This document shows, in pieces, positions 51,897-63,228 of a stretch of 64,000 bases of DNA. The position numbers were made by a program, and so were the translations under genes. The DNA comes from Podarcis pityusensis. Lineage: Eukaryota. Position 1 is the stretch's first letter; the number at the start of each line of letters is the position of its first letter. The stretch lies in assembly GCA_964106645.2 (NCBI GenBank), contig OZ067041.1; one strand, written 5' to 3'. Below the pieces are notes generated by a model. It did not search any database, was not told the origin of the DNA, and saw nothing but the letters and a program-made list of their open reading frames with translations.

Positions 51897-52404
51897 AAAA
51901 ATTTTTACTAGAGCAGCAAGAGAATGGTACTCAGCCCAGCTCAGAAGCATTCTGGGAAAATGAGAGTGGTGGGTAGCTGTAGTCTCTTGTTGAGTACTCA
52001 GAGGGTCTCTTGTTGATTCCCCAGGGAGGGCTGCGAGTGTTCCCTGCCCGAAACTCCGGAAAGCTTTTGCCAGCCAATGTAGATCTGGATGAATCAATGA
52101 TTTGACTCAGTCTAAGGCAGCTTCCCATGTCCTTATGTTCATTTCAGAGTGCCACTAGTGCACCTCCTTAATAGAAAAGCTGAAAATAAAAAATAAAAAG
52201 AGGCAGTGACTGACATGATCCCCAGTGAACCCTTTATCAGGACCTGACGTTGGGCCTCTTTGAAGCAGCCGCCCTTTCCTTGCCTGCTTGCCCTTCGTTT
52301 CAATGATGATGCTTAAAATAAACATACACACTGTTATCATCCGAGTGTTGTTGTTTTTGGCTCCTAGATGGTAATGGCCTGTTTCCCTTTCCTTCCTTCC
52401 ACAG

Positions 52405-52942
52405 TCTCCAAACTCTCACAGTTACCCAGATATGGAAGCTGTACCCCTTTTGCTGAACAGCATGAAGGCAGATCCAGAAGAAGACTCCTTGTCCACAGAC
52501 CATTTCCAAACGCAAACTGAGCCAGTGGACTTGTCGATAAACAAGGCCCGGTCGTCCCCCATCGCTGCTTCGTCTTCGCCTGTGTCCATCACCGCCTCGG
52601 CATCTTCTCCTTCTTCCACTTCAACATCCTCTAGTCGGCCAGCTTCGTCACCCACAGTAATAACGTCCGTCTCTTCAGCTTCTTCTGCACCATCAGTATT
52701 AACGCCAGGCCCGCTCGTGGCATCTGCATCAGGTGTGGGAGGGCAGCAGTTTTTGCACATAATCCACCCAGTACCCCCGTCCAGCCCCATGAACCTACAG
52801 ACCAACAAAATGAGTCACGTACATCGCATCCCAGTCGTGGTGCAGTCGGTACCCGTGGTCTACACAGCGGTGAGATCACCAGGGAATGTGAACAACACTA
52901 TCGTAGTACCGTTACTGGAGGACGGGAGAAGTCATGTCAAAG
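52405..52942 (+). CDS. KLF12: KLF12 large coding exon (Ser-rich repression domain with PVDLS CtBP-binding motif)
   Basis: Acceptor ccttccttccacag|TCT at 52404/52405; donor AAAG|gtacgg at 52942/52943. Translation SPNSHSYPDMEAVPLLL...QTEPVDLSINKAR...GGQQFLHIIHPVPPSSPMNLQ...IPVVVQSVPVVYTAVRSPGNVNNTIVVPLLEDGR is diagnostic of KLF12 rather than KLF3/KLF8. Confidence 0.97.
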
Positions 52943-53910
52943 GTACGGTGCCCATCCCCCCTCCCCCCAGGTGTGAAATGTACTTGAATTTTAAGAAGGG
53001 TGAAGCCCAGACTAACTAGTAGCTCATGCTACTATTAGAACACCCAATCGTTTTGCAAGCCTATGGGAGCTTATCCTTCTTATCTTACATGTGGAAATGT
53101 AAGACTGGAGACAGACACTTGTTAACTGGAGAAGCATGGGGGAAATATCAAATATTAAGCCAGAGGGCTAGCATGATAGCGTGTCTACAGGACAACTGCC
53201 AAGTGGGGAGACTCCAAATTAAATTCTACCATTGCGCTGGACCGAAGAACTGCTGGATCCTAACCCCACTCATCCCAGCAGATCATGCCACAGGATTGCT
53301 CCCTCAGTGTCTGTGTATTTAGCAGAATGCCAGAAAGGGACATAGGCTGGTCACCAGATTATAATCTGCATAATACCGGCTTCCTGATCAGACTGCTTAT
53401 ATGTGTACAGCTGTACCATATATAAGCTCCTCTTTCTGAGGACAAATATGTGGACACGGGCGGTAAAGAGTTGGTGGCTTGTGGATGTTGGGGGTGGGAT
53501 TAGTTTGGACTTCCATATGTCCAGATTTTCTCGAACGTCACCAGGAGGCAGAAGGTTGGCAAGTAAACCAAAAAAACTCAACAACTTTCACCGTGTCCTG
53601 CGAACGTCAGTGGCAGTGATCTTCTTCCCCGCTTCTCTATTCATACAAGTAGAGTGTATTTGTGTGTGTGTGAATAGTCCCAATTTGTTCGTGAAATGGA
53701 AGATGTCACAGGCATTGTCATCTTGTGCTTTCCTCCCTCCCTGAGGAAGTCACCAGTAATATAGAGTCAATAGTGGGGTAGGAGAGCTAGAAATGATGCC
53801 AATATATTTCACATCTGGCAACCAATATGCCCTTTTTGTTTCAGACAGTACATGGGTAGAGAAGTATAAAATGTCGGGGAGACAATTTTTTCACAGCCCT
53901 CTAGCATATA

Positions 53911-54125
53911 CAGTGGTACCTTGGGTTACAGATGCTTCAGGTTACAGACTTCGCGAACTCAGAAATAGTACCTCAGGTTAAGAACTTTGCTTCAGGATGA
54001 GAACAGAAATCGCGCAGCAGCAGCGGGAGGCCCCATTAGCTAAAGTGGTGCTTCAGGTTAAAAACAGTTTTAGGTTAAGAACGGACCTCCAGAACGAATT
54101 AAATTCTTAATCCGAGGTACCACTG
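53911..54125 (+). mobile_element. Tigger-like MITE (main family)
   Basis: TIRs, TA TSD, family core. Confidence 0.93.
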
Positions 54126-54328
54126 TATGGTGGCTCACTTACCAGAAGTAATTCCAGTGTTAACTCTGGAAGTGTATATTCAGTTCTCACCAAACTAAGC
54201 CTCCTGGAACAAAATATATACCAGGAGGCTTCATTTGGTCAGAATCAAGTATATAATTCCAGATTGCTTTAAGAATGTGATGCTGGCAATGATGGAGTCA
54301 GTGAGCCAGGCATTGTTGCGCCTCTGGA

Positions 54329-54517
54329 CAGGGCTGTCCAACAGATTGATCACAATCTACTGGTCAATCGTGGGGTGTCCCTGGTCGATCCTGGTTGATC
54401 TTTGAACCCCACCAAAACGACCCCCAAAAATTTCAACAACTCTGACAATGGGTAGATCACTGCCAGTTTTTTAATACTGAGAGTAGATTGCAGACTCTTG
54501 GAAGTTGGATGCCCCTG
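54329..54517. mobile_element. hAT-type MITE
   Basis: CAGGGCTGTCCAAC / GTTGGATGCCCCTG imperfect TIRs; repeated gatc/gtagat motifs; flanks ctctgga / ctctaga. Confidence 0.65.
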
Positions 54518-55266
54518 CTCTAGAACATAAGAAGACCCTAGCCATATCAAGCCAGCCATCCCAACACCTTATTCTCATAGTGGCCAACCAGATATTCCCA
54601 CAAGCAGGACCTGCAAGCAAGAGCACTCTCATCACTCGTGATTCTCTGCAACTGGTATTCAGAAGCATATAATCCCTCTGACATGGGAGGTAGAACAGAG
54701 CCATTGTGGCTTGTGGCCATTCATCGCCTCACCCTCCCAGGAATTTGCCTAATCCTCCTTTTAAGCTTTTCACTTTGGTGGCCATCCCCACCTGTGATAG
54801 AGGACCACCCATGATAGACAAACACACTCTCCGAGCCATGTATTGTGAACTGCTGGCTTCTTGACAACACCCTCCCCCCCCCCCCTTTTGGAATCCCAGG
54901 CAGCTGCAAAACTGGGAGATTTATCAAGCCCTTAGTGCAACACTATATGTGACTTGGAGGGTTGCATTCAATGTGTCTGGTCAGGAGTTTTGCAGGCTTG
55001 CACTACAATTCCCACTATATCCAGCACCATGTGCAAGCTCAAGGATTGAGAGTTAGCAATAGCCCTCCAGGTTTGGATAGGGATGACTGTCGTATTCACG
55101 CTGCGGCATAGAAAAATGGTTCATATAGCAGTGGAAGCCAGCTAGTATTCTGCGTGCTGGTTGCACCAAACATCTGCTCAAACTAAGAGGAAAATCTCAC
55201 ACTGGATTTGGCTCTGGTCTTAGCGAGCTTTAAGGATGTGATAACAAAACAGTTTATTAGACATAA

Positions 55267-55432
55267 AGGTAAAGGGATCCCTGACCATTAGGTCCAGTCG
55301 TGACCGACTCGGGGGTTGCGCGCTCATCTCGCTCTATAGGCCGAGGGAGCCGGTGTACAGCTTCCGGGTCATGTGGCCAGCATGACTAAGCCGCTTGTGG
55401 CAAACCAGAGCAGCGCACGGAAACGCCGTTTT
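55267..55432 (-). mobile_element. 5'-truncated Sauria SINE
   Basis: 3' ~165 bp of the family; TSD ttagacataa (55257-55266, 55433-55442). Confidence 0.92.
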
Positions 55433-55455
55433 TTAGACATAACTATCAGCCAAAT

Positions 55456-55812
55456 AGGGGATGCGGGTGGCGCTCTGGGTTAAACCACAGAGCCTAGGAC
55501 TTGCCGATCAGAAGGTCGGCGGTTCGAAACCCTGTGATGGGGTGAGCTCCCGTTGCTCGGTCCCTGCTCCTGCCAACCTAGCAGTTCGAAAGCACATCAA
55601 AGTGCAAGTAGAGATAAATAGGTACCGCTCCAGCGGGAAGGTAAACCTCGTTTCCGTGCGCTGCTCTGGTTCGCCAGAAGTGGCTTAGTCATGCTGGCCC
55701 CATGACCCGGAAGCTGTACGCCGGCTCCCTTGGCCATTAAAGCGAGATGAGCGCCGCAACCCCAGAATCGGCCATGACTGGACCTAATGGTCAGGGGTCC
55801 CTTTACCTTTAC
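55456..55812 (+). mobile_element. Full-length Sauria SINE
   Basis: ggggatgcgggtggcgct head, ggttcgaaac B box, (CTTTAC)n tail; TSD ctatcagccaaat (55443-55455, 55813-55825). Confidence 0.95.
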
Positions 55813-56492
55813 CTATCAGCCAAATGATCCTAAGCTAGTACAGCTTGATAACTGTTCCATCTGCAACTTGAATTACATTTGATTTCAGAAGAAATGGATT
55901 TTAAGGAGATTTCTTTAGCTAATTAAAGAGAATAGTTACATAAAGGACCAAAGGACAAAGATGCTCTGGTGAGAAAGACCCGTGTGACTGGCCCTGCTTA
56001 CACCATTCCACTATTTAGATCCTGCTTGAAATTAGGAGGGCTACACCTCAGGGAAGATGGCAGGTGAGAGACTTTATCCAGCAAACCAGTGCTCCATAAA
56101 ATCAGCATGTTCATATACGGTTTTATCTGGGCCAGATTTTTTTTTTCAGGGTAACATTTTTTTCCTTATTGCTGTATTGTCTGAGCAGAAGAGACTCCAC
56201 AAAAATTTCTTTTCACCATTCCCTTGTCTGGTTCTGTATGTGAGATTCCTCCTGACTTCATGGTCTTGCTTTTGCAAAACAGAAATAAGAAATCATTCTA
56301 GGAAAACACTTTTTGATAGTTAGCCTGTTTGTTCACAGGGGGAAACCAAATAGTCACAAGCTTCGTAAAGCAGGGTGAATGTCACTTATTTTCTACTTAT
56401 TTTGTGTTGTGTAGGCTCCTATGATGTAAGTAATGGGCCCGCCTGCTAGTTTGTTATGAATAAAAGATCATTTTCAGTTAGAGCTTAATAAT

Positions 56493-56563
56493 TATTTCAC
56501 TATTAATATACTTCTTCTTAATTGTATTTCACTATTAATAAACTTCTTCTTAATTGTATTTCA
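56493..56563. repeat. 32-bp tandem repeat (~2.2 copies)
   Basis: tatttcactattaataWacttcttcttaattg x2 plus tatttca; lies within a probable DNA-transposon remnant ending cctaaatccagccctg at ~56765. Confidence 0.88.
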
Positions 56564-58300
56564 GTTCAACAATTACTTTGATAAAATACATATTTTGTTA
56601 TGTGAAAATGGCTTTAGATACCTGTTAGGTCCATAAATTACCATATAGCATATATTCAACACAAAATACAGTGACAATTTGTTGTTGACAAAGGACAGCT
56701 GGACATATAAAGGGCCCCATTACCTTCAGTAGCTTAGGGCCTCATCAAACCTAAATCCAGCCCTGTAGAGAAGATAGATGTCCCCACCCAGAATAAAGAC
56801 CTGAGATACTAGCAGAACATAACATACTTTGTTGTCCCTAGCAGTATATAAAGAGGCAGCTCTTTTAACGATATTTACCGTAGATTTTTTTGATTTTTTA
56901 AAAAAATCAGTTTTACGTTTCATTAAGGGATGTTGTAGCAACAGTGAAGCCTTTGGCACCTATTGGCTGAAATGGTGTGATGTCATAGAATGTTTAGAAA
57001 GGTGGACTGCTGAGGAAAGTGTGATTTAAGGTCCAGCTTTGTGGGCTGAAGTTAATGGTAGTTTGGTTGGGTGCAAGAATGGAGGAGTCAAGGTCACTTT
57101 TAGATATGTAGAAGTGTCTTGTCTAGAAACCTGGGCTCAGAAAAAGCTATGTCCTGCTGTTGTTCAAATCTGTAATTGCTTTTCTTTCCCCCGGCTTTGT
57201 TTTATGTTGGATGGTGAATCAGTTATATATTAGATACTTGATGTGATTTAGGTCTTAACACTCTTGAGAATTCGATTTCCTGTAAATGGGGTGTGAGTTC
57301 TACAGTGTTCAATTTAAAATGAAAAAGGTCTAACGTTTTTGCTGTGGAAAAACAAGAACACACCATCCTCATAGATGTGTATCTGAGTTATACGTAGGTA
57401 GGTTTCTGCAGATGTCCATAGCTTCTATTAATCCTGCATGCCCCTGGCAAATTATTTTGCTCGTGAAATTACTATAAATAACGACTTTGATTGGACAGAG
57501 TAATTAATAGCCTATGGTAGATTAGCAACGAAACGCATGTATAGGAGCTAACCCCACCTTCTCCCATCTCACAAGAGCACACAGTTAACTGCTTAAACCG
57601 CACAGTCCCATAAAATCTCAATAAAGCCTGAAAAACTGTGGAGTATGTGTAATCTTGCTATAAATTGCAATAAAAATTACCCTGTAGACTCTATATTATG
57701 ATCATTAAGTTCATGGATGCTGCTGCTGTGTACATAAAGTTTTATGGAATAAATCGACCAGTTTTGCTGCCCCTATCAGAAAGCAAGCTGTTTTTGATTT
57801 AAAAGTTGATTGGTGTTCTCAGAGCATTTTTCCAAGAGCGCAAACCATTTGTAATGGCCTTTAGTGGAAAGCGGCTTGGGCGTTGGGGTGAGGAGGCCTT
57901 GTATATCTGCCCTCCATCGAGGGTACTTTATTATGAGACCTAGGAGAAGTTACATGTTTTCCGCAAAACGCACATTCGCACAGCTGCTCTGTGTACATTA
58001 AATAAACCTCTGCACAATGTCTAACCTCACTGGGCTTCATTTGGAGTATATTACGTCTCCCTGTATTTGTTTGAAATTCTAAGCAGTACACTTAATTTTG
58101 TACTTTTTTTTCTGCATCACTTCTCTGCCCAACGGCGGGATGATGCTTTCATTCTCCAGGAACTATGTGGTTTATTCCAAAATCCTGTTGTTGAGATACT
58201 GGTAGACTATTATTTCCTGCTACACCAGTGGGATTATAATTTATCACCTCCAGAAAACACTCTTCTCCCCTTCCCTCCTCCTCTCACATTCTTATTATTA

Positions 58301-58952
58301 CAGTCATACCTCGGGTTAAAGTAGCTTCAGGTTGAGCATTTTCGGGTTGCGCTCTGCGGTGACCCGGAAGTAAGGGAATGGGTTACTTCCGGGTTCCACC
58401 GCTCACGCATGCACAGACGCCCAAAATAACGTCATGCACATGCGCAGAAGTGGCGAATCGTGGCACGCGCAGACACGGGTTGCATTCTGCTCAGGATGCA
58501 AACGGGGCTCCGGAACGGATCCCGTTCGCATCCAGAGGTGTTGTTGTTGTTGTCGTTTAGTCGTTTAGTCGTTTAGTCGTGTCCAACTCTTCGTGACCCC
58601 ATGGACCAGAGGACGCCAGGCACTCCTGTCTTCCACTGTCTCCCGCAGTTTGGTCAGACTCATGTTTGTAGCTTCGAGAACACTGTCCAACCATCTCGTC
58701 CTCTGTCGTCCCCTTCTCCTTGTGCCCTCCATCTTTCCCAATCCTTTCCCAAAGGGTCTTTTCCAGGGAGTCTTCTCTTCTCATGAGGTGGCCAAAGTAC
58801 TGGAGCCTCAGCTTCACGATCTGTCCTTTCAGTGAGCACTCAGGGCTAATTTCCTTAAGAATGGATGTGTTTGATCTTCTTGCAGTCCATGGGACTCTCA
58901 AGAGTCTCCTCCAGCACCATAATTCAAAAGCATCAATCCAGAGGTACCACTG
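58301..58952. mobile_element. Tigger-like MITE (CpG-rich variant) interrupted by Bov-B
   Basis: TA|CAGTCATACCTCGG left end; right end gaggtaccactg|TA displaced by the insertion. Confidence 0.85.
58540..58935 (-). mobile_element. 5'-truncated Bov-B (RTE) LINE
   Basis: IDAFELWCWRRLLRVPWTARRSNTSILKEISPECSL.GQIVKLRLQYFGHLMRREDSLEKTL; (CTAAACGA)n plus (CAA)n tail; TSD atccagaggt (58530-58539, 58936-58945). Confidence 0.95.
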
Positions 58953-59310
58953 TATTATTATTATTATTATTAATACACCACCCATCTGGCTGGGTTTTCC
59001 CAGCCTGGCTTTAGTAAAAGCTTTTTGATTTGTTAAACCACGGTGTGCTGTGACATCCAAACTAGAAAACTGTGGTTTAAACCTGCAAACCAGGATCAAA
59101 TCCGCTCAGGCTTCAGAGGCCTAGCACAGCATTAATCCCCTTCTTCTGACAATAAATGGGCAGAGGAAACAGCTAACCAGAGGAAGCCAGCATTCTCAGA
59201 TGCTGCCGGCAGTCACAAAGGAATTCTAGAAGTATCACCATTGCCCAGAAAGTATGGTTCTGTCTGGCAGACTGAGCAAAGAACATTGCAAGCAATGTTA
59301 GCTGAGGGGG

Positions 59311-59317
59311 GGTGTGG

Positions 59318-59368
<51 letters not shown>
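59311..59368. repeat. Compound (GT)n(GA)n microsatellite
   Basis: Read directly from the sequence. Confidence 0.9.
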
Positions 59369-59372
<4 letters not shown>

Positions 59373-60323
59373 GCATGCCTCCAGTTTTAATCCAGAAAAA
59401 AGACTACTTTCCAGGTATCAAAAACCTTGGGAACCAGCAATTTAGGAAAAGTAAATATTAAGTATTATTATTACTTTTATTATTACTACACTCAATAATT
59501 TGGTTCTTTCCCATCATATGGCAATACTTCACCCCGAACAGACTGTATTTCCAGGCATAAAGAAAAACAAGTGTTCTCACAGAGCTTTAAAAGCAACCCT
59601 CCACCCGTTCTCTTTTGGTTTTCACTGCTTGGTATGATTTTTTTTTTTAATGCTTTTGCTTCAGAGTAAATTTACATCCTGAGAAATGCAGTCACGCCCA
59701 CCTTGAGTGTGGGAGTTTATTCCAAATATAGACTGAGATTTGCTTCCGTTCTATAATACCAACCCAGTTTATGGGAATTAATCATCTTTGGTAGCTGTGA
59801 GGGATGTCCACAAAGATGTATTAAGCATTAAGCTGCCTTGGATTCATTATAATTCAGGATATCTGGTACAGTAGTAGCCATAAAAATGTTGACATTCAAG
59901 ATCTCCAGGATTTCAAGTTTCCGTGATGTAATCCTGATAATAGCTTTCTTTATAAAGCCCTGGCCTGTTGCTGAATTCTTGAGCATGAATTGCATTGTTA
60001 ACAGATTTGGCCTCATATATACACACGTAAGATCATCGGGATCTTTTGGTTTTGAAAGGGCAACCCCACCTTTAAAAAAATTCCCCTCTGTCAGGAAAAT
60101 GTACCCTGGCTTTCCAGGTGAAAAATGAGATGATCTGAGGCAATACTGCTTTAGTCTGTTTGAAGAAGCAAGGGTAGTCCATTTACCTGTCTTCTCTAGT
60201 CAGTCAGATTGATTTGTTGGAAACCATTGGTGACTTCAAACGTTATATAACAATACATTTTAGCAGCACTTGGGGTATATGGGGTCTTAGAGGAAGGAGA
60301 GCACTTTGGTGGGGGACATGTTG

Positions 60324-60399
60324 TAATACTAATACTAATATATTTATACCCCGCCCACCTGGCTGGGTTTCCCCAGCCACTCTGGACAGCTGCCAACAA

Positions 60400-60440
<41 letters not shown>

Positions 60441-61131
60441 TATTATTAAAGTGATAAAACATTAAAAACTTCCTGAAGCAGAGCTGCCTTCAGATGTCTT
60501 CTAAAAGTTAGATAATTATTTATTTCCTTGACATTTGATGGGAGGGAGTTCCACGGGGCGGGCACCACCACCAAGAAGGCCCTCTGCCTGGTTCCCTGTA
60601 ACCTCACTTCTCTCAGTGAGGGAACCGCCAGAAGGTTGAACCTCAGTGTCCGGGCTGAACAATGGGGGTGGAGACACTCCTTCAGGGACAGTGGTACCTC
60701 AGGCTAAATATTTAATTCGTTCCGGAGGTCCGTTCTTAACCTGAAACTGTTCTTAACCTGAAGCACCACTTTAGCTAATGGGGCCTCCTGCTGCTGCCGT
60801 GCCACCAGAGCACGATTTCTGTTCTCATCCTGAAGCAAAGTTCTTAACCTGAAGCACTATTTCCGGGTTAGCGGAGTCTGTAACCAGAAGCGTATGTAAC
60901 CTGAAGCGTATGTAACCCGAGGTACCACTGTATATCAGGCCAAGGCATTTTAGGGCTTTAAAGGTCAGCACCAACACTTTGAATTGTGCTCGGAAATGTA
61001 CTGGGAGCCAATGTACCAAGACTGGTGGTAAGTGGTCTCAGTGGCCGCTCCCAGTCACCAGTCTAGCTGCCGCATTCTGGATTAGTTGCAGTTTCCGGGT
61101 CACCTTCAAAGGTAGCCCCATGTAGAGCGTA
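60324..61131 (-). mobile_element. L2-clade LINE 3' fragment with nested MITE and internal (TTA)n expansion
   Basis: HWLPVHFRAQFKVLVLTFKALKCLG (L2 signature); same 3' UTR as the other copies. Confidence 0.9.
60689..60930 (-). mobile_element. Tigger-like ~240-bp MITE (main family)
   Basis: TIRs and family core; left TA mutated to GA. Confidence 0.92.
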
Positions 61132-61322
61132 TTCCTCTTCTGGGGTAGTTTGTCCACCTGTGGTCCCCACTCTGCACTCAGCTGTCACCTGTGGCTCCTA
61201 GAAGCTGTCAGTAGGCAACAGCGGCCTCATCCCATCATGGCCATGCTGACTGGGTCAAATGGGAGCTGGAGTCCAGCAACATTGGAAGGAACCAATGTTG
61301 GCTTACCTAATGTGATTTAGTA

Positions 61323-61547
61323 CTGTGGTACCTCGGGTTACAAATATTTCGGGTTACAAACTCCGCTAACCCGGAAGTAGTACCTCAGGTTGAGAACTTT
61401 GCCCCAGGATGGGAACGGAAATCGTGCGCCGGTGGTGCGGTGGGAGCAGGAGGCCCCATTAGCGAAAGCGCATCTCAGGTTAAGAACGGTTTTGAGTTAA
61501 GAACGGACCTCCAGAACAAATTAAGTTCGTAACCCGAGGTACCAGTG
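61323..61547 (+). mobile_element. Tigger-like MITE (diverged main-family copy)
   Basis: TA|CTGTGGTACCTCGGGTTA...TAACCCGAGGTACCAGTG|TA. Confidence 0.9.
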
Positions 61548-62876
61548 TACTTCATATGCTCATATGCAAACCTTCTCTCTGTCCCGTTACAACAGGGAAA
61601 ACCATAAATCCCTCCCTACATTAATTACAGGCCTTTGGCAAAACCTGCAAATTGCTTGTCCAAAATTGCTCATCCACACAGTTCTCAGTGAAACAGGTCA
61701 TTATTCCCTTTCCTCAGATGGGGAAGTGGGACTGAGAGTACAGATATTCTTGAATTCACCTTATAAATTCATAGTAGCTGTGAGACTTAAACCCGCTACT
61801 CCTGGACCCAAGCCCAACTTTCCATCCTATGGATATTATAGATAGTGTCTGCCAGTTATTGAACTACTTATTCCTCTACTTGGGTAGTTTATTAAGGTAA
61901 TGGTGCTTTGTTATTGATTGGTATTCCAATACTGACATTATTAATTTAAGGGGAAAGAATAGCCCAAATCTCTTTTCTTCCTTATTCTTCAAGAAAGTTT
62001 TCCTCCCATTTTCTGTGTTCTCTTACTACAATAAATGAAGTGTCTTTGTCTGTTACCAAATCAACTCATGATGTGTTTAATCCAGCCATGCAATTGATAA
62101 GTCTACGAAGACATATTAGCCAACACAAGAATTAATTGTGCATATAGAAATCCCAGTTGTTTATCTTACATTTCAGTTCTGGTGTCTAGAAAAGTTGAGG
62201 AGGAAATCTAGATATAAGGTTGTGTTTAGCAGTGATGTGGATATAGATAGATATGGATATTATACAAACACATTGGGGGGAAACCAACCCTTGTTTGTTC
62301 CTTCAGGATATAAAAAACTTTTTTTTCTGTATGAGATTAGTTCCCATTTGTTGCCAAATGTGTGTTCTCTAAACTCAATGGGATATTTTAAAAACAGTAA
62401 CCAATACCAAAACCCCCACAGTGTTCTGCTGTTTGTTTGTTTGTTTTGCTTTTTGCTTTGGGTTAATTTCGAAGCTGCAAACCTTCTCCAAAACAAATAA
62501 CAAACATAGGTTCAATTTAAGGTTAGGCCTTGTCTCAAAACTTAATATAACTTGAATACAAGGCTCAACCTACAACAAAAATGGGTTTGTTTGAACATAT
62601 TGAGAGACATTTAGTAGCAGCAGCAATAATATTTCATTTTCTGTGAGGCATCCTGAAGCGATTTAATATAATAAAATACATACAAGAGTTATATATAGTG
62701 AAACAGTTAAAAGAATTGCACATATAAAACCAAGTTTAAAACTATAGTTTAAGAAGACACATAGAGAATTGCATCTTCCTATCCTGAAGAAAGGAACAAA
62801 GCAGCATTTGGCTGGGCACGTAGCTAATGGGCACCCAGTGAAATTATTTCAGCCGTGGCATAATATGGTGGTGATA

Positions 62877-63228
62877 AAAAGATAAAGGGACCCCTGACCA
62901 TTAGGTCCAGTCGTGACTGACTCTGGGGTTGCAGCGCTCATCTTGCTTTATTGGCCGAGGGAGCCGGCATACAGCTTCTGGGTCATGTGGCCAGCATAAC
63001 TAAGCCGCTTCTGGCAAACCAGAGCAGCGCATGGAAACGCTGTTTACCTTCCCACCGGAGCGGTACCTATTTATCTACTTGCACTTTGACGTGCTTCCGA
63101 ACTGCTAGGTTGGCAGGAGCTGGGACCGATCAAGGGGAGCTCACTCCATCGTGGGGATTCGAACCGCCGACCTTCTGATCGGCAAGTCCTAGGCTCTGTG
63201 GTTCAACCCACAGCGCCACCCGCGTCCC
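62877..63228 (-). mobile_element. Full-length Sauria SINE
   Basis: Family sequence; 13-bp TSD tatggtggtgata (62864-62876, 63229-63241). Confidence 0.95.

Larger units (their letters stand above)
10443..52404 (+). other. KLF12: KLF12 intron (~42 kb, phase 0, GT-AG)
   Basis: Bounded by the donor and acceptor of the two recognised exons, which splice in frame. Confidence 0.9.

Noticed and set aside
52361-52421. Alternative acceptors at 52367 (cctag) and 52421 (tcacag)
   Set aside because: Both shift the frame relative to the upstream exon (by 37 and 17 nt) and have no support; 52404 has the best pyrimidine tract and the conserved position.
52432-53019. 195-aa ORF as a complete single-exon gene
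   Set aside because: It is an internal KLF12 exon; similarity stops at the donor at 52943 and the last ~25 codons are intron read-through.
58557-59099. 180-aa ORF as a gene
   Set aside because: It is a chimera of a (TAA)n tract, a MITE end and a frameshifted Bov-B fragment.
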